DNA from: Acidobacteriota bacterium
GTDB taxonomy: Bacteria; Acidobacteriota; UBA6911; JACQSX01
Direction of reading: 5' to 3'
NCBI GenBank assembly: GCA_036507075.1
Contig: DASXQR010000105.1
Span: forward strand, 1 to 62,675
DNA: 62,675 bases
Part shown: positions 49,287 to 59,111 of the stretch, piece after piece
Layout of the letters: the number at the start of each line of letters is the position of its first letter
How positions within the stretch are numbered: position 1 is the first letter of the stretch
Notes under the pieces: generated by a model
What the model saw: the letters and a program-made list of their open reading frames with translations, nothing else
The model's database searches: none
What the model was told of the DNA's origin: nothing
Program-made: the position numbers and the translations under genes

Positions 49287-50579
49287 TCATCTTTTAGACA
49301 CGCGCAGGTGCTTGTCGGCGAAGGTCAGGTACTGGTCCCAGTCGTAGGCGGTCAGCGCGTGCTTTCCCGTGCGGATGTGATAGCCGATTGCATTCATGAT
49401 CGGCTGATTTACCGGCGGCATCCGATCGCTGTCGAGTTCCTGCCTGCCCAAAAGGCGGTAGACCGGTCCGGCTGCGACCGCCGACAGGAATTCTCCCTTT
49501 GGATCGGCCCACTGGTCTTCTTCGGCCGAGGCCACGTAAAGAGGGCGGGGCGCGATCAGCGCCAGAAGCATGTGCTGATCGACGGGAAGCTGATCGACGG
49601 CGTCGTTGTATTTCCTGTAATTCGCGCAAAACCAGTGGGGGAAGCTGGTATTGAGGTGCTTGATCGTTTCGCCGAAGTTGCGGCGGCTCAGGGCCGCGCC
49701 GCCTTCGCCCGAATCGTTTGAGATGACAACGGCAAAGCGCGAGTCCTGGGCGCCCGCCCACAACGCGGTCTTGCCAAGACGCGAATGACCCATGACGATC
49801 ACCCGGTGGGCGTCGACATCTTTGTCCGTCATGAGGTAATCCATCGCCCGGCTCAGGCCCCAGGCCCAGGCCCCGATGGCGCCCCATTCATCCGGCGCGG
49901 GCGCCGTCTGTCCAGGCTTGAAAAACAGCGGCCGCACACCATATTCCATCCCGCCCGGGAAGTCCGGCTCGATGTCGCCGTAATAGATCGCGGCCAGTCC
50001 ATACCCACGCTCAAGTACCTTTTCCACTTGCCAGGAAGTGGAAGTACCGCGCCGGCTCTCATCGGCCGTCACCTTTTTCTTATCGCGCGACCACTCGTCC
50101 TTTAGCTTGATGGCCGGATCGGTGTGAATGGTGTGGTTGCCGGTAAAACCCAGGGCGAGAAACAAGGGAACCGGTTTGCGGGCCGCAGCCGGAAGGTAAA
50201 TCAGCAGGTCCATGCCGGGACCTTTTTCTTTTTGCCCGTTAAAAGTAATAAGCACCTGCTTGCGGATTGCCGTGGCGTTCAGGGCGCTTTTGTCCAGATC
50301 GAAGACTTGGAACTCTGTTTTGGCGGGTGGTGCAGGGCTGCGGCCGTAAACATGCGCTCGAAAAAGCTCCAGAATCTCGGGCCTGCGCCGGTTATGCCAG
50401 GCGGCCGCATCCTGCACCCGCTCGCCGCTCTGCAGCAACAGCGGATCCGGCAGCGTGTAGCTGCCGACCTTCGCGTCGTCGTAATTGACGTCGGGTCGCT
50501 GTGGATTTCCCGCCATTTCAATTAGAAACGCCGCAAGCAGCAATGAGCTGATCAGATAAGTGCGTCTAGATGTAGTCAT
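49287..50579 (-). CDS. Glucuronoyl esterase-like (CE15) alpha/beta hydrolase
   Basis: LPDPL, AWAWG.SR..DYL, GHSRLGK, SGEGG, LP.DQH.L.ALIAPRP, WADP.GE. Confidence 0.9.
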   Translation of the reverse strand: MTTSRRTYLISSLLLAAFLIEMAGNPQRPDVNYDDAKVGSYTLPDPLLLQSGERVQDAAAWHNRRRPEILELFRAHVYGRSPAPPAKTEFQVFDLDKSALNATAIRKQVLITFNGQKEKGPGMDLLIYLPAAARKPVPLFLALGFTGNHTIHTDPAIKLKDEWSRDKKKVTADESRRGTSTSWQVEKVLERGYGLAAIYYGDIEPDFPGGMEYGVRPLFFKPGQTAPAPDEWGAIGAWAWGLSRAMDYLMTDKDVDAHRVIVMGHSRLGKTALWAGAQDSRFAVVISNDSGEGGAALSRRNFGETIKHLNTSFPHWFCANYRKYNDAVDQLPVDQHMLLALIAPRPLYVASAEEDQWADPKGEFLSAVAAGPVYRLLGRQELDSDRMPPVNQPIMNAIGYHIRTGKHALTAYDWDQYLTFADKHLRVSKR

Positions 50580-50610
50580 GACGGTTCGGTCCTTGATTTC
50601 GTGCATCAGA

Positions 50611-50770
50611 GTTTAACCACAAAGACACGAAGGACACAAATGGAAGGCGCGGGGCAGGCAGAGGCCGGTCAACTTTTCCAAAAGTGAAAGCGGCCAAGGA
50701 TTTTCTGGCTGACCAGCCTCTGCCTGCCCCACGTCTTCCTTTTGTGCCCTTTGTGCCTTTGTGGTTAAAC
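50611..50770. repeat. Nonamer (ACCACAAAG) palindrome with inner REP-like pair
   Basis: gtttaaccacaaagacacgaaggacacaaa ... tttgtgccctttgtgcctttgtggttaaac; inner ggggcaggcagaggccggtca / tgaccagcctctgcctgcccc. Confidence 0.9.
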
Positions 50771-51949
50771 TGGGCTCTCGAGGAATGCCGTGGAAGCAAA
50801 TTTGACAAAGCGGCGCAACAATGAAGGGTGACACCCCGCCCACCGCGCTCCCCTTAGCAGAAGTGACGCGGGCAGCAGCCAGTTAGGCAGACCCAGGATC
50901 AGGTCTGCCCGTCTTGTGAACAGCAGGGAGCGCTCGTTGGCCGGACGCCGCCGCCGCTCGTAAGCGGCGAGCGGATCTTCCGAGCCCTGCAGAAAAATGT
51001 CGGCCAGAGCGCATGCGTCTGCCACCGACATATTAGCGCCTTGGCCGCCCGCAGGACTCACCGGATGGGCGGCATCCCCCATGATGAAGGCTCCCTGAGC
51101 GCCGTAGCGGCGAGCGTGGCCCCAGGGGCGGCGCACTCGAACCAGATCGGTCCGAAAATCCCTTCCGCACAGTACTTCGGTGATCTCAGGCTCGGATGAA
51201 CGAAAACGCTCCCAGCCTTCGGGGGCCGAAACTTTTCGCTTACCTTCGAAAACATCAGGTGAGGCGGCAACCAGCCCGGCGCCCTTATTCTGTGGTAGAG
51301 GCAGAGCCAGCATTGCGACGAATCCAGAGGCGCTGTCCGGATTCAGCCACACCCGGCCGACAGCGGCCGGAAGGCTGCCCGGCCATTGAAATTCAAAGCA
51401 GAGGAAATCCAGAGGAAATACTTTCGTATCTATCTCGATCCCGCAGGCGGCCCTGACAAGCGAGTGGACGCCGTCATCGCCGATGGTGAATTGAGCAGTC
51501 ACGTCGCGCACCGACCCGTCCCGTCCGTCGCGGGCCTTGACTCCGATGATCCTCTCGTTTTGTTTCAGCACCGCCACGACCTCCATACCCCGGCGCAATT
51601 CGAACAAACCACCGGCGAGAAGCTGTTCGCGCGTGCGATTGGGATTAGTTGTCCAGGGCTGCACCTGGATCTGATTCAATAGTTCCGAATCGATAGAGAT
51701 TACCGCTTGCCCGCGTCGAGTCGCCCGAACGCCTCGGAGCGGAAGCATCGCGTCGCGTTCCAGGTTTTCCCGCGGAAGCAGCGAAAACAGAACCTGCGCC
51801 GTAGCCGGCCACAGAACCTCGGGCCGCACCCAGTTGGGAGGCGCCGTGCTCTTTTCCAGGACAATGACTTTCTTTCCGCCGCTGGCCAAAAGCCCGCCTA
51901 CGACAGCTCCCCCGATCCCGCCTCCCACGATTATGAAATCCGTGTCCAT
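50765..51949 (-). CDS. FAD-dependent monooxygenase (UbiH/PheA-like)
   Basis: VGGGIGG, GDDG.HS.VR, GDAAHPVSPAGGQGANM...DA. Confidence 0.9.
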   Translation of the reverse strand: MDTDFIIVGGGIGGAVVGGLLASGGKKVIVLEKSTAPPNWVRPEVLWPATAQVLFSLLPRENLERDAMLPLRGVRATRRGQAVISIDSELLNQIQVQPWTTNPNRTREQLLAGGLFELRRGMEVVAVLKQNERIIGVKARDGRDGSVRDVTAQFTIGDDGVHSLVRAACGIEIDTKVFPLDFLCFEFQWPGSLPAAVGRVWLNPDSASGFVAMLALPLPQNKGAGLVAASPDVFEGKRKVSAPEGWERFRSSEPEITEVLCGRDFRTDLVRVRRPWGHARRYGAQGAFIMGDAAHPVSPAGGQGANMSVADACALADIFLQGSEDPLAAYERRRRPANERSLLFTRRADLILGLPNWLLPASLLLRGARWAGCHPSLLRRFVKFASTAFLESPV

Positions 51950-52086
51950 GCTTTTGAACTTTTAAGGAGCCATTTACGGCAGGGCCATTTTCTTGTCGCC
52001 TGGGTGTCTTCGAGAATATGGCTATTCTATCGCCATTTAGATTTAGATTTGAGGATTGGGGGGATCGTGACTGTGCCGGTCGCGGG

Positions 52087-52195
52087 CACGGATTTCAACG
52101 AATTTCCGCGAATTTCACGAAGTTGTCCGAAAAATTGGCGTAATCAGTGTAATTCGTGTAATTAGTGTAATTCGTGTAAATTTGCGCGAATTCGT
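52087..52195. repeat. Nonamer (CACGAATTW) palindrome
   Basis: cacggatttcaacgaatttccgcgaatttcacgaa ... (taatcagtg/taattcgtg/taattagtg)n. Confidence 0.8.
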
Positions 52196-52197
52196 AC

Positions 52198-52722
52198 TCA
52201 ATACTTTTTCCCGTGCTTCTCGATGTACTTACGCGCAAACTCACTCACCGGTGAACCCTCGCGCATGCCGACTTTCTTGGCTTCTTCATTGGCGGCTTCC
52301 ACAGTCCAATGGTCTCGGATCACCCGCCGGATCATCCAGAACCCTCCCACGCGGCCGGCTGACGCGCAATGGATGAACGCAGGGCGATTCTGCGGGTCAT
52401 CGGTGATCTTCAGGAACTCGGTGACCTGCTCTTCCTTCGGATCGGAAGGAACGACGGCTATGTTGAAGTAGCGAAGTCCTAATTGTTTGGCTTTTGTCTC
52501 CTCGTCAGTTGCGCGGTGCTCGCCCGGCTGGCGCAGGTTGATGATCGCCTTGACGCCTTCGGCCTTCAATTGCGCCAGTTGCTCAAGTTCGGGTTGGCCC
52601 CCGGTGCAGAATTGATCATTGACCCGCAGAAAATTGCGGATGGACGACAGGTCCTGCCCGGCCAGAACGGATATGGCGGCAAAGAGTAGGATCAAAGGAA
52701 GACAGATTTGTTTTTTCATCAT
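52198..52722 (-). CDS. Secreted DUF442/BLH-type phosphatase-sulfurtransferase-like protein
   Basis: GGQP, IINLR, HCASAGR; signal peptide. Confidence 0.85.
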   Translation of the reverse strand: MMKKQICLPLILLFAAISVLAGQDLSSIRNFLRVNDQFCTGGQPELEQLAQLKAEGVKAIINLRQPGEHRATDEETKAKQLGLRYFNIAVVPSDPKEEQVTEFLKITDDPQNRPAFIHCASAGRVGGFWMIRRVIRDHWTVEAANEEAKKVGMREGSPVSEFARKYIEKHGKKY

Positions 52723-52763
52723 TATTTATTCTCCGGCGTTTAGGGTGATTATAGTCGGAATGG

Positions 52764-53360
52764 CTAAAGCCGGCCGGGAGAGTTTTCTTTCAGGTATCGG
52801 CGGGTGTACAGGATGCGGTGAATCACGGTCCAGTTGGAAAATACGGCAATTACCCAGACGGCGGCATCCATGCCTTGGAATAGGGCGCCCAGTATCAGGA
52901 TCACCACGCGCTCCGGCCGCTCCAGAAATCCGACCTTGCATGACGCGATCAGAGATTCCGCGCGCGCCCGCACATAGCTGGTCAATACCGATCCCATCAA
53001 AGCGATTCCCGAGAGCACGACGTACACCAGGCGATCATGCCGGCCGTAATAAATAATCAGGCCGAGCATTACGATGAAATCCGAGTAACGGTCGACGACG
53101 GAATCAAGGAACGCGCCGTAGGTTGTTTCGGATTTGGAGATGCGGGCTACTGCGCCGTCGAGCATGTCAAACAGCCCGGCAATGATGAGCAGCGCGCTGG
53201 CGTAACCAAACCGTCCCATTGCCAGGGCCGCCGCGGTGAAGATACTCATCACTACGCCGAAAACGGTGAGCACGTTGGGGCTGATTTTAAGCAGGGAAAG
53301 GAACCAGACTATCTGGTCGATGATGAGTTTGCAGCCCTGCCCGATCTTAGCGGTAATCAT
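52764..53360 (-). CDS. CDP-alcohol phosphatidyltransferase
   Basis: PNVLT, DMLDGAVAR...T.YGAFLDSVVDRYSD, SYVRARAE, G..ERPER. Confidence 0.93.
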   Translation of the reverse strand: MITAKIGQGCKLIIDQIVWFLSLLKISPNVLTVFGVVMSIFTAAALAMGRFGYASALLIIAGLFDMLDGAVARISKSETTYGAFLDSVVDRYSDFIVMLGLIIYYGRHDRLVYVVLSGIALMGSVLTSYVRARAESLIASCKVGFLERPERVVILILGALFQGMDAAVWVIAVFSNWTVIHRILYTRRYLKENSPGRL

Positions 53361-53363
53361 GTA

Positions 53364-54698
53364 TTAGAAAATCTCAAACTTGACGGTCAAATACTTCTTG
53401 GGATCCTTCCGAAAATCGTAAATCAGTTTCACGACCTCAGACGAGGCCTGATTGATGTTGTTGTACACCTCCTGGTCTTTGGCCAGCTTCCCCAAAGTCC
53501 CTTTGCCGCTGTTGATGTCGTCCATCAGGGCGTTCAACTTTTGCACTGAAGCACGAACATCGTCGTAGAGTTTCTCATCCTTTGAAAGCTTGCCCAGGTT
53601 GCCTTCGCCGCGGTTGATGCGCTCCGTGATGGCGTCTACATTGCCGACCAGACGATCCGCTTTGTCGTAGAGAGCGGGATCGTTGATGAACTTGCCCGCG
53701 GTGCCTTCGGTGGTGCCCAGCCGGTCGGCGATCAACTGAAACTTGTCGGCAGTGGCTGCCAGCGAGTCGTACACTTTGGAATCGTTGATCAGCCTTCCGA
53801 CGGTCCCCTTCCCATTCTGGATATTCTCAATGAACCCGTTGGCCGAAAGAGTTACCCGGTTCAGGTTGTCGTAGAAGGCCGGATCATTGATGAACTTTCC
53901 AATCGTGCCCTGCCCTTCGTCGAATTTTGCCATGATGTTTTCCATGCGATCGGAAAGAATTCCAAAATTCGCGATCACGTCGTCCACACCGGTGATGATC
54001 TGGCGAAAGTCGGTGGTCTTGCTTCCGGCGATGATAATCACGCCTTCCTTATCGCGATCGGGAGGAAGGGGGGTTCGACCCAGGGAGATTTCGACGTACT
54101 TGTCACCGAGCAGTCCTACACTGCCAAGACTGACGCTCGAGTCCTTCTTGATCCATTCTTCGTATTTTTTCTCCAGGATCATCGTCACTTCGATGTTCTG
54201 GAGGCTTGCCTTTGCGTTCTCGGCTGCTGAACGGGCGTTTTCAAACTCCTTGGATTCGTTTTCGATGATGGATTGATCGCGCTGGAGTTGTTTTCCCAGA
54301 ATGGCAGCCTTGCTGGGATTTGTGGAAAGGAGCCTCTTGTATTCCTCGCTGTCCGCCTGAAACCTGGCCCGGCGCAGCTCGATGCGCGATTTCAGCATCT
54401 CCATTTTCCTGAGATTCTGTGTAATCGTGTCGGAAGCCTGCTGGTTGGCGATAGTTTTGGGTAGATACTTGGTGATCTGCACGGATTTCACATTGCCGAC
54501 TTCGACGCCCTGCAAAAGCACCAGGTCTCCGTCCTTTAAACCCGAGACGCCCGACAAGAAGGTTTTAGCCTTGGTTTTAGGGGCAAAAATACTTACATTG
54601 CCGATCGACAGGATCCCCACGGCGGCAACGATCAGGGCTGCAACCACAAAAAGGCCCACCTTTAACTGGGCCCATGCCAACCTTCCTTTGCGTTCCAT
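53364..54698 (-). CDS. mlaD: MCE/MlaD family protein with long helical C-terminus
   Basis: KVGLFV TM; GLK.G..V...GVEVG.V; GLLGDKYVEI; repeated G.GT.GK.I.D..Y; D....PKKYL. Confidence 0.88.
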   Translation of the reverse strand: MERKGRLAWAQLKVGLFVVAALIVAAVGILSIGNVSIFAPKTKAKTFLSGVSGLKDGDLVLLQGVEVGNVKSVQITKYLPKTIANQQASDTITQNLRKMEMLKSRIELRRARFQADSEEYKRLLSTNPSKAAILGKQLQRDQSIIENESKEFENARSAAENAKASLQNIEVTMILEKKYEEWIKKDSSVSLGSVGLLGDKYVEISLGRTPLPPDRDKEGVIIIAGSKTTDFRQIITGVDDVIANFGILSDRMENIMAKFDEGQGTIGKFINDPAFYDNLNRVTLSANGFIENIQNGKGTVGRLINDSKVYDSLAATADKFQLIADRLGTTEGTAGKFINDPALYDKADRLVGNVDAITERINRGEGNLGKLSKDEKLYDDVRASVQKLNALMDDINSGKGTLGKLAKDQEVYNNINQASSEVVKLIYDFRKDPKKYLTVKFEIF

Positions 54699-54711
54699 AG
54701 ATCAACACTCC

Positions 54712-55566
54712 TCAAGCGAGAAACTCTTTGACGTATTCATCATCCAGGCTGCGAAGGTTCTCGTCTGTTCCTTCAAACAGGATTTTACCATCTCGGACCA
54801 TGACGAACCGTGTATTAATGAGACAGAAGTTGCCGTTCTCGCCCAGAAAACGCACCCGTCCGCCCGGCTCCACCACCGCCAGCTCACTGGCCAGCGTAAA
54901 TGCCGTCTTCAGGTCATGTGTGACGAATACCGAGCTAACCCCTTCCAGATCACGCAGTTTGATGACCAGCTCGCAGATGGTTCGAGACGTGATCGGGTCC
55001 AGTCCCGCTGTGGGCTCGTCGTAGAGCATGATTTTCGGATTGCCGACCAGAGCGCGCGCGATGGCGACGCGCCTTCGCATGCCGCCGGAAAGCTCTGCAG
55101 GCATTTTGTAAATGGAGTCTTCAAGATCGACGAATCCGAGCATGCGGCGCACCACCGCTTCGACTTCCTCTTCCTTGAAGAGATTTTCCTCGCGCATTTT
55201 GTATGCCACGTTTTCACCCACGGTGAGAGAATCGAAAAGCGCGCCTTCCTGGAACACCATGCCGATCTTTTTCCTCACTCGCATCATCTCTTCTTCGCTC
55301 AACGGAGTAATGTCCTCGCCGTCAATGAAGATCTGTCCCGAGTCGGGTTTTTCCAGGCCAAGAATCAGCTTTACGATGGTTGACTTTCCGGATCCGCTGC
55401 CTCCCAGGACAATTTTGGTTTCCGCTTTGCCGACTTCCATGTCGATGCCTTTGAGCACCTGCTGATCCCAGTAGGATTTGGTGACGTCCACCATGCGAAT
55501 GATCTTGGTGTCGGCCGCCGGTTGCGCCGATTGCGATGATTCAGGAGTCCTGGCTAATAGATGCAT
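54712..55566 (-). CDS. mlaF: MlaF-type ABC ATPase
   Basis: [48 protein letters not shown]. Confidence 0.9.
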   Translation of the reverse strand: MHLLARTPESSQSAQPAADTKIIRMVDVTKSYWDQQVLKGIDMEVGKAETKIVLGGSGSGKSTIVKLILGLEKPDSGQIFIDGEDITPLSEEEMMRVRKKIGMVFQEGALFDSLTVGENVAYKMREENLFKEEEVEAVVRRMLGFVDLEDSIYKMPAELSGGMRRRVAIARALVGNPKIMLYDEPTAGLDPITSRTICELVIKLRDLEGVSSVFVTHDLKTAFTLASELAVVEPGGRVRFLGENGNFCLINTRFVMVRDGKILFEGTDENLRSLDDEYVKEFLA

Positions 55567-55576
55567 CGGAGGAATT

Positions 55577-55673
55577 GAACCGCAAAGAACGCCAAGAACG
55601 CTGAGTGAACCCTTTCAGTTCGGCGCCGCACATCAATTCAAGTGTTAGCGTTCTTTGCGTCCTTCGCGGTTCA
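55577..55673. repeat. Nonamer (AACCGCAAAG) palindrome inside the mla operon
   Basis: tgaaccgcaaagaacgccaagaacgctgag ... ttagcgttctttgcgtccttcgcggttca. Confidence 0.88.
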
Positions 55674-55683
55674 GCTTTTGTTT

Positions 55684-56442
55684 TTAATATCTTAGATCCA
55701 AGATGATCTTACTCACGAAGAAGTCGGAGGCAATCACCAGGATGGAAGAGATAACGACCGCCTGCGTGGTTGACTTTCCCACCCCCTGCGTGCCACCGGT
55801 TGTGCGCAAGCCGCAGTAACTGCCGACCATGGCAATGATAAAGCCAAAGATGAAAGGCTTGCTTGCGCCTTCCACAAAATTGTTGTAATCAAGCGCCTTC
55901 ATCGCCGCCGACCAGTAGAGCGATGTGCTCAGTCGCAGTTTGTAGAAAGAGACCAGCCAGCCGCCCAGCAGGCCCGTAAGGTCTGCCATGACGGTCAACA
56001 GAGGCACCATAAGGGTTCCGGCAAGCATGCGCGGCGTCACCAGCTTGCGCGTCGGATCGGTCCCCAGCGCCCGCATGGCGCTGATCTGTTCGGTCACAAC
56101 CATCGACCCCAACTCAGACGCAATACCGGAACCATTTCTGCCTGCCACCATCAGTGCGGTGAGAACGGGTCCCAGTTCCTTGATCAGTGAAAGCGCCACC
56201 AGTTGGCCGGTCAAACCGACGGCGCCGAATGATTTCAGAGATTTGGCGGACTGCAGCGCCAATACTGCTCCGGTAAAAAACCCGGTGAGCGCTACGATCA
56301 TCAGCGAGCCGACGCCGATGATTTCCATCTGAATCAGCGTGTCGGCGTAATAGCGGGGTCGACGGAAGATGTTGGTGACAGCTCGGACAGAAAGCAGGAA
56401 GAACTCCTGAACCTCGTATACGCCTCTGGCGATGAAATTCAT
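55684..56442 (-). CDS. mlaE: MlaE-type ABC permease
   Basis: ELGPVLTALMVAGR.GS.IASELG.M.VTEQI.AM, GG..GVG.STT. Confidence 0.93.
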   Translation of the reverse strand: MNFIARGVYEVQEFFLLSVRAVTNIFRRPRYYADTLIQMEIIGVGSLMIVALTGFFTGAVLALQSAKSLKSFGAVGLTGQLVALSLIKELGPVLTALMVAGRNGSGIASELGSMVVTEQISAMRALGTDPTRKLVTPRMLAGTLMVPLLTVMADLTGLLGGWLVSFYKLRLSTSLYWSAAMKALDYNNFVEGASKPFIFGFIIAMVGSYCGLRTTGGTQGVGKSTTQAVVISSILVIASDFFVSKIILDLRY

Positions 56443-56543
56443 TGTCTAGAGACTCGGCCCTGGCTCACCGTATTGTTGTAAAACGAAGGTTCAGAAGAAC
56501 TTCGATGTTATCCCGATCGAAAATCAGAATCAAGACAATGTTC

Positions 56544-56572
56544 TTGACAGCATGTCACCGCGGCCCTATTTT
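56544..56572 (+). promoter_or_regulatory. Possible sigma70 promoter for aroC
   Basis: TTGACA-N17-TATTTT, about 30 bp upstream of the ATG. Confidence 0.5.
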
Positions 56573-56602
56573 AACTTTTTTGATTTCAGAGGTTTCCAAC
56601 CA

Positions 56603-57778
56603 ATGATGTTACGTTTTCTCACCGCAGGCGAATCGCACGGCAAGGGTCTGGCGGTAATACTGGAAGGCATGCCGGCTGACGTGCCCTTTGATGTTGAAAC
56701 GATTCATTATGACTTGAAGCGCAGGCAGGGAGGTTACGGCCGCGGCGGGCGGATGAAAATCGAGAGCGACCAGATCGATCTCATTTCGGGCGTGCGCTTT
56801 GGGAAAACCCTGGGAAGCCCGATCTCCTTTCTGATCTGGAACAAAGACTGGCAGAACTGGCAGGAACCGATGTCGGCTGTGGCCGATGTTCCCGCAGATA
56901 AGAAGCGATCGGTCACCCGGCCGCGTCCCGGGCATGCCGATTTGACAGGGGCGCTCAAGTACAACTTCAGCGACATTCGAAATGTTCTGGAGCGCAGCAG
57001 CGCGCGTGAAACGTCGGCGCGCGTTGCGGTAGGTGCGATCTGCAAGCTCCTGCTGCGCGAAGTGGGAATCCGCTTCTTCAGCCATACAGCGTCTATTCAG
57101 AAGGTAGAAGTGAATGCCGACAGAATTCCGGCTTTCGACGAAAGCGCCCGCGAGCGAATCGAAAATTCTCCGGTCCGCTGTTTGGATCCCGAGGCCGAAC
57201 CGCAGATGATTGCCCTGATTGACCAGGCGATAAAAGAGGGGGATTCCGTCGGCGGATCATTTGAAGTGAGAGTGCTGGGCGTGCCTCCCGGACTGGGATC
57301 CTACGTGCACTGGGACAGAAAGCTGGATGGGCGTCTGGCGCAGGCAATGCTCTCCATTAATGCCGTCAAGGGCGTCGAAATCGGGTCGGTCCCCGACCGT
57401 GCCGAGCGAACCGGGACAGCGTTTCACGATGAGATCTTCTACCACTCCGAAACCATGCGCTTCCACCGGGGTTCAAACCGGGCGGGAGGAGTGGAAGGTG
57501 GAATGAGCACAGGTGAGGATATCGTGATGCGCGTCCACATCAAGCCTATTCCCACGCTGAGGCGGCCTCTGCGCTCGGTTGACATCCATAGCAAGGAGCC
57601 TTTTGACGCCGTGTACGAACGCTCCGATACGTGTGTGGTGCCTGCGGCCGGAGTGATCGGTGAAGCGATGGCGGCGGTGATCATCGCAAGCGCGTTTCTG
57701 GAAAAGTTTGGAGGTGACTCGCTCGGCGAGACGGTTCGAAACTATAAGGGATACTGCGACCAGTTGAAAAATTTTTGA
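56603..57778 (+). CDS. aroC: Chorismate synthase
   Basis: TAGESHG, RRQGGYGRGGRM, RPRPGHAD, ERSSARET, GG.EGGM, ERSD. Confidence 0.97.
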   Translation: MMLRFLTAGESHGKGLAVILEGMPADVPFDVETIHYDLKRRQGGYGRGGRMKIESDQIDLISGVRFGKTLGSPISFLIWNKDWQNWQEPMSAVADVPADKKRSVTRPRPGHADLTGALKYNFSDIRNVLERSSARETSARVAVGAICKLLLREVGIRFFSHTASIQKVEVNADRIPAFDESARERIENSPVRCLDPEAEPQMIALIDQAIKEGDSVGGSFEVRVLGVPPGLGSYVHWDRKLDGRLAQAMLSINAVKGVEIGSVPDRAERTGTAFHDEIFYHSETMRFHRGSNRAGGVEGGMSTGEDIVMRVHIKPIPTLRRPLRSVDIHSKEPFDAVYERSDTCVVPAAGVIGEAMAAVIIASAFLEKFGGDSLGETVRNYKGYCDQLKNF

Positions 57779-57805
57779 AGCCAACATCACTACCACGGGC
57801 GTCGG

Positions 57806-57975
57806 AACCTGTGAAAAAATTCACCACAAAGGCACAAAGAACACAGAGGGCTCCGGCTTTCAGTGGTCCGCTCAGATGGAAATGATAGATTGAAAGGCAT
57901 TTAAGCCAGAGCGGACCATTGAAAGCCGAAAGCTTCTTTGTGTTCTTTGTGCCTTTGTGGTGAATTTCACAGGTT
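57806..57975. repeat. Nonamer (ACCACAAAG) palindrome with inner IR
   Basis: aacctgtgaaa..aattcaccacaaaggcacaaagaacacag ... tttgtgttctttgtgcctttgtggtgaatttcacaggtt; inner ggctttcagtggtccgctc / gagcggaccattgaaagcc. Confidence 0.9.
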
Positions 57976-57978
57976 CCT

Positions 57979-58926
57979 ATGCGTATTGTATTCATGGGCA
58001 CTCCGGATTTTGCAGTGCCTGCATTAAAGGCGCTGGCACAATGGAAAGGCGAGGAAATTGCCGGTGTTATCTGCCAGCCCGACAAACCACAGGGGCGGGG
58101 CAAACGCATTGTTCCGACGCCAGTGAAAAAGGCGGCCGGCGACTTGGGCTTCCCGGTGTATCAGCCGCGACGAATTAGGAGCGGAGAAGGCGAGCAGCTT
58201 CTTTCGGTCCTTGCTCCTGATCTGATTTTCGTAGTGGCCTACGGGCAAATACTTCCCAAATGGTTTCTTGACTTCCCGCGGCACGGCGCCATCAACCTGC
58301 ATGCTTCACTGCTTCCCCGGTATCGCGGCGCGGCTCCACTACAGCGGGCGGTTTTGAATGGAGAAACAAAGACCGGCTTCACTCTGATGATGATGGACGA
58401 GGGAATGGATACCGGCCCCATTCTGGCGCAGACCGAATTTGAGATCTTCGAAAATGAAACCGCCGGGGAACTGGCTGCCCGGGCCGCGATAATAGGAGCG
58501 GAGTTTGCCGTGCGAGAGCTGCAGGCTTATTTGAAGCATGACCGCAAGCCTGTTCCGCAGGATTCATCGCTTGCCACATACGCGCCTCCGCTGCGTAAGG
58601 AGGAGGGCGCGCTGAAATTTCAGGAGCCCAGCCGGCGGTTGCACAATATGGTGCGTGCTCTCAATCCATGGCCCCTGGCATTCTGCATGTGCAAGCGGTC
58701 GATGCTCTTTGTGCACCGGACGCACCTGATCGAAGACTCCCGCGCTTCCCGCTCAGCGGGAGAACTTGTGGACATTGAAGAAGACTCACTGCTGATTCAG
58801 TGCGGAACCGGGTTGCTCGGTTTCGATCTGGTCCAGTCGCCAGGCAAAAGGATCATAAGCGGCAGGGACTTTGCCAACGGAATGCGTCTGAAGCCCGGTG
58901 TGAAGTTTGAAAACGGTAATTCTTAG
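57979..58926 (+). CDS. fmt: Methionyl-tRNA formyltransferase
   Basis: FMGTPDFA, QPDKP.GRG, VAYGQIL, NLHASLLPRYRGAAP, MD.GMDTG. Confidence 0.96.
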   Translation: MRIVFMGTPDFAVPALKALAQWKGEEIAGVICQPDKPQGRGKRIVPTPVKKAAGDLGFPVYQPRRIRSGEGEQLLSVLAPDLIFVVAYGQILPKWFLDFPRHGAINLHASLLPRYRGAAPLQRAVLNGETKTGFTLMMMDEGMDTGPILAQTEFEIFENETAGELAARAAIIGAEFAVRELQAYLKHDRKPVPQDSSLATYAPPLRKEEGALKFQEPSRRLHNMVRALNPWPLAFCMCKRSMLFVHRTHLIEDSRASRSAGELVDIEEDSLLIQCGTGLLGFDLVQSPGKRIISGRDFANGMRLKPGVKFENGNS

Positions 58927-59101
58927 CCACGAAGCCACGAAGACACGAAGTTTAACAGTTCAACCAGAAGTGATGCGCTGGTTAAAAGCCGAAGGTAGTG
59001 GGCTTTTAGTGTCATGACCCCACTGCAAAGCCGAAACGTTAATGAGAAGTGCTATTGAAAGCTACATAACGACCCCCTCTGTGCCTTTGTGGCTTTGTGG
59101 C
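58926..59101. repeat. Nonamer (GCCACGAAG) palindrome
   Basis: gccacgaagccacgaagacacgaag ... ctctgtgcctttgtggctttgtggc. Confidence 0.8.
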
Positions 59102-59111
59102 GATTTTTTCC

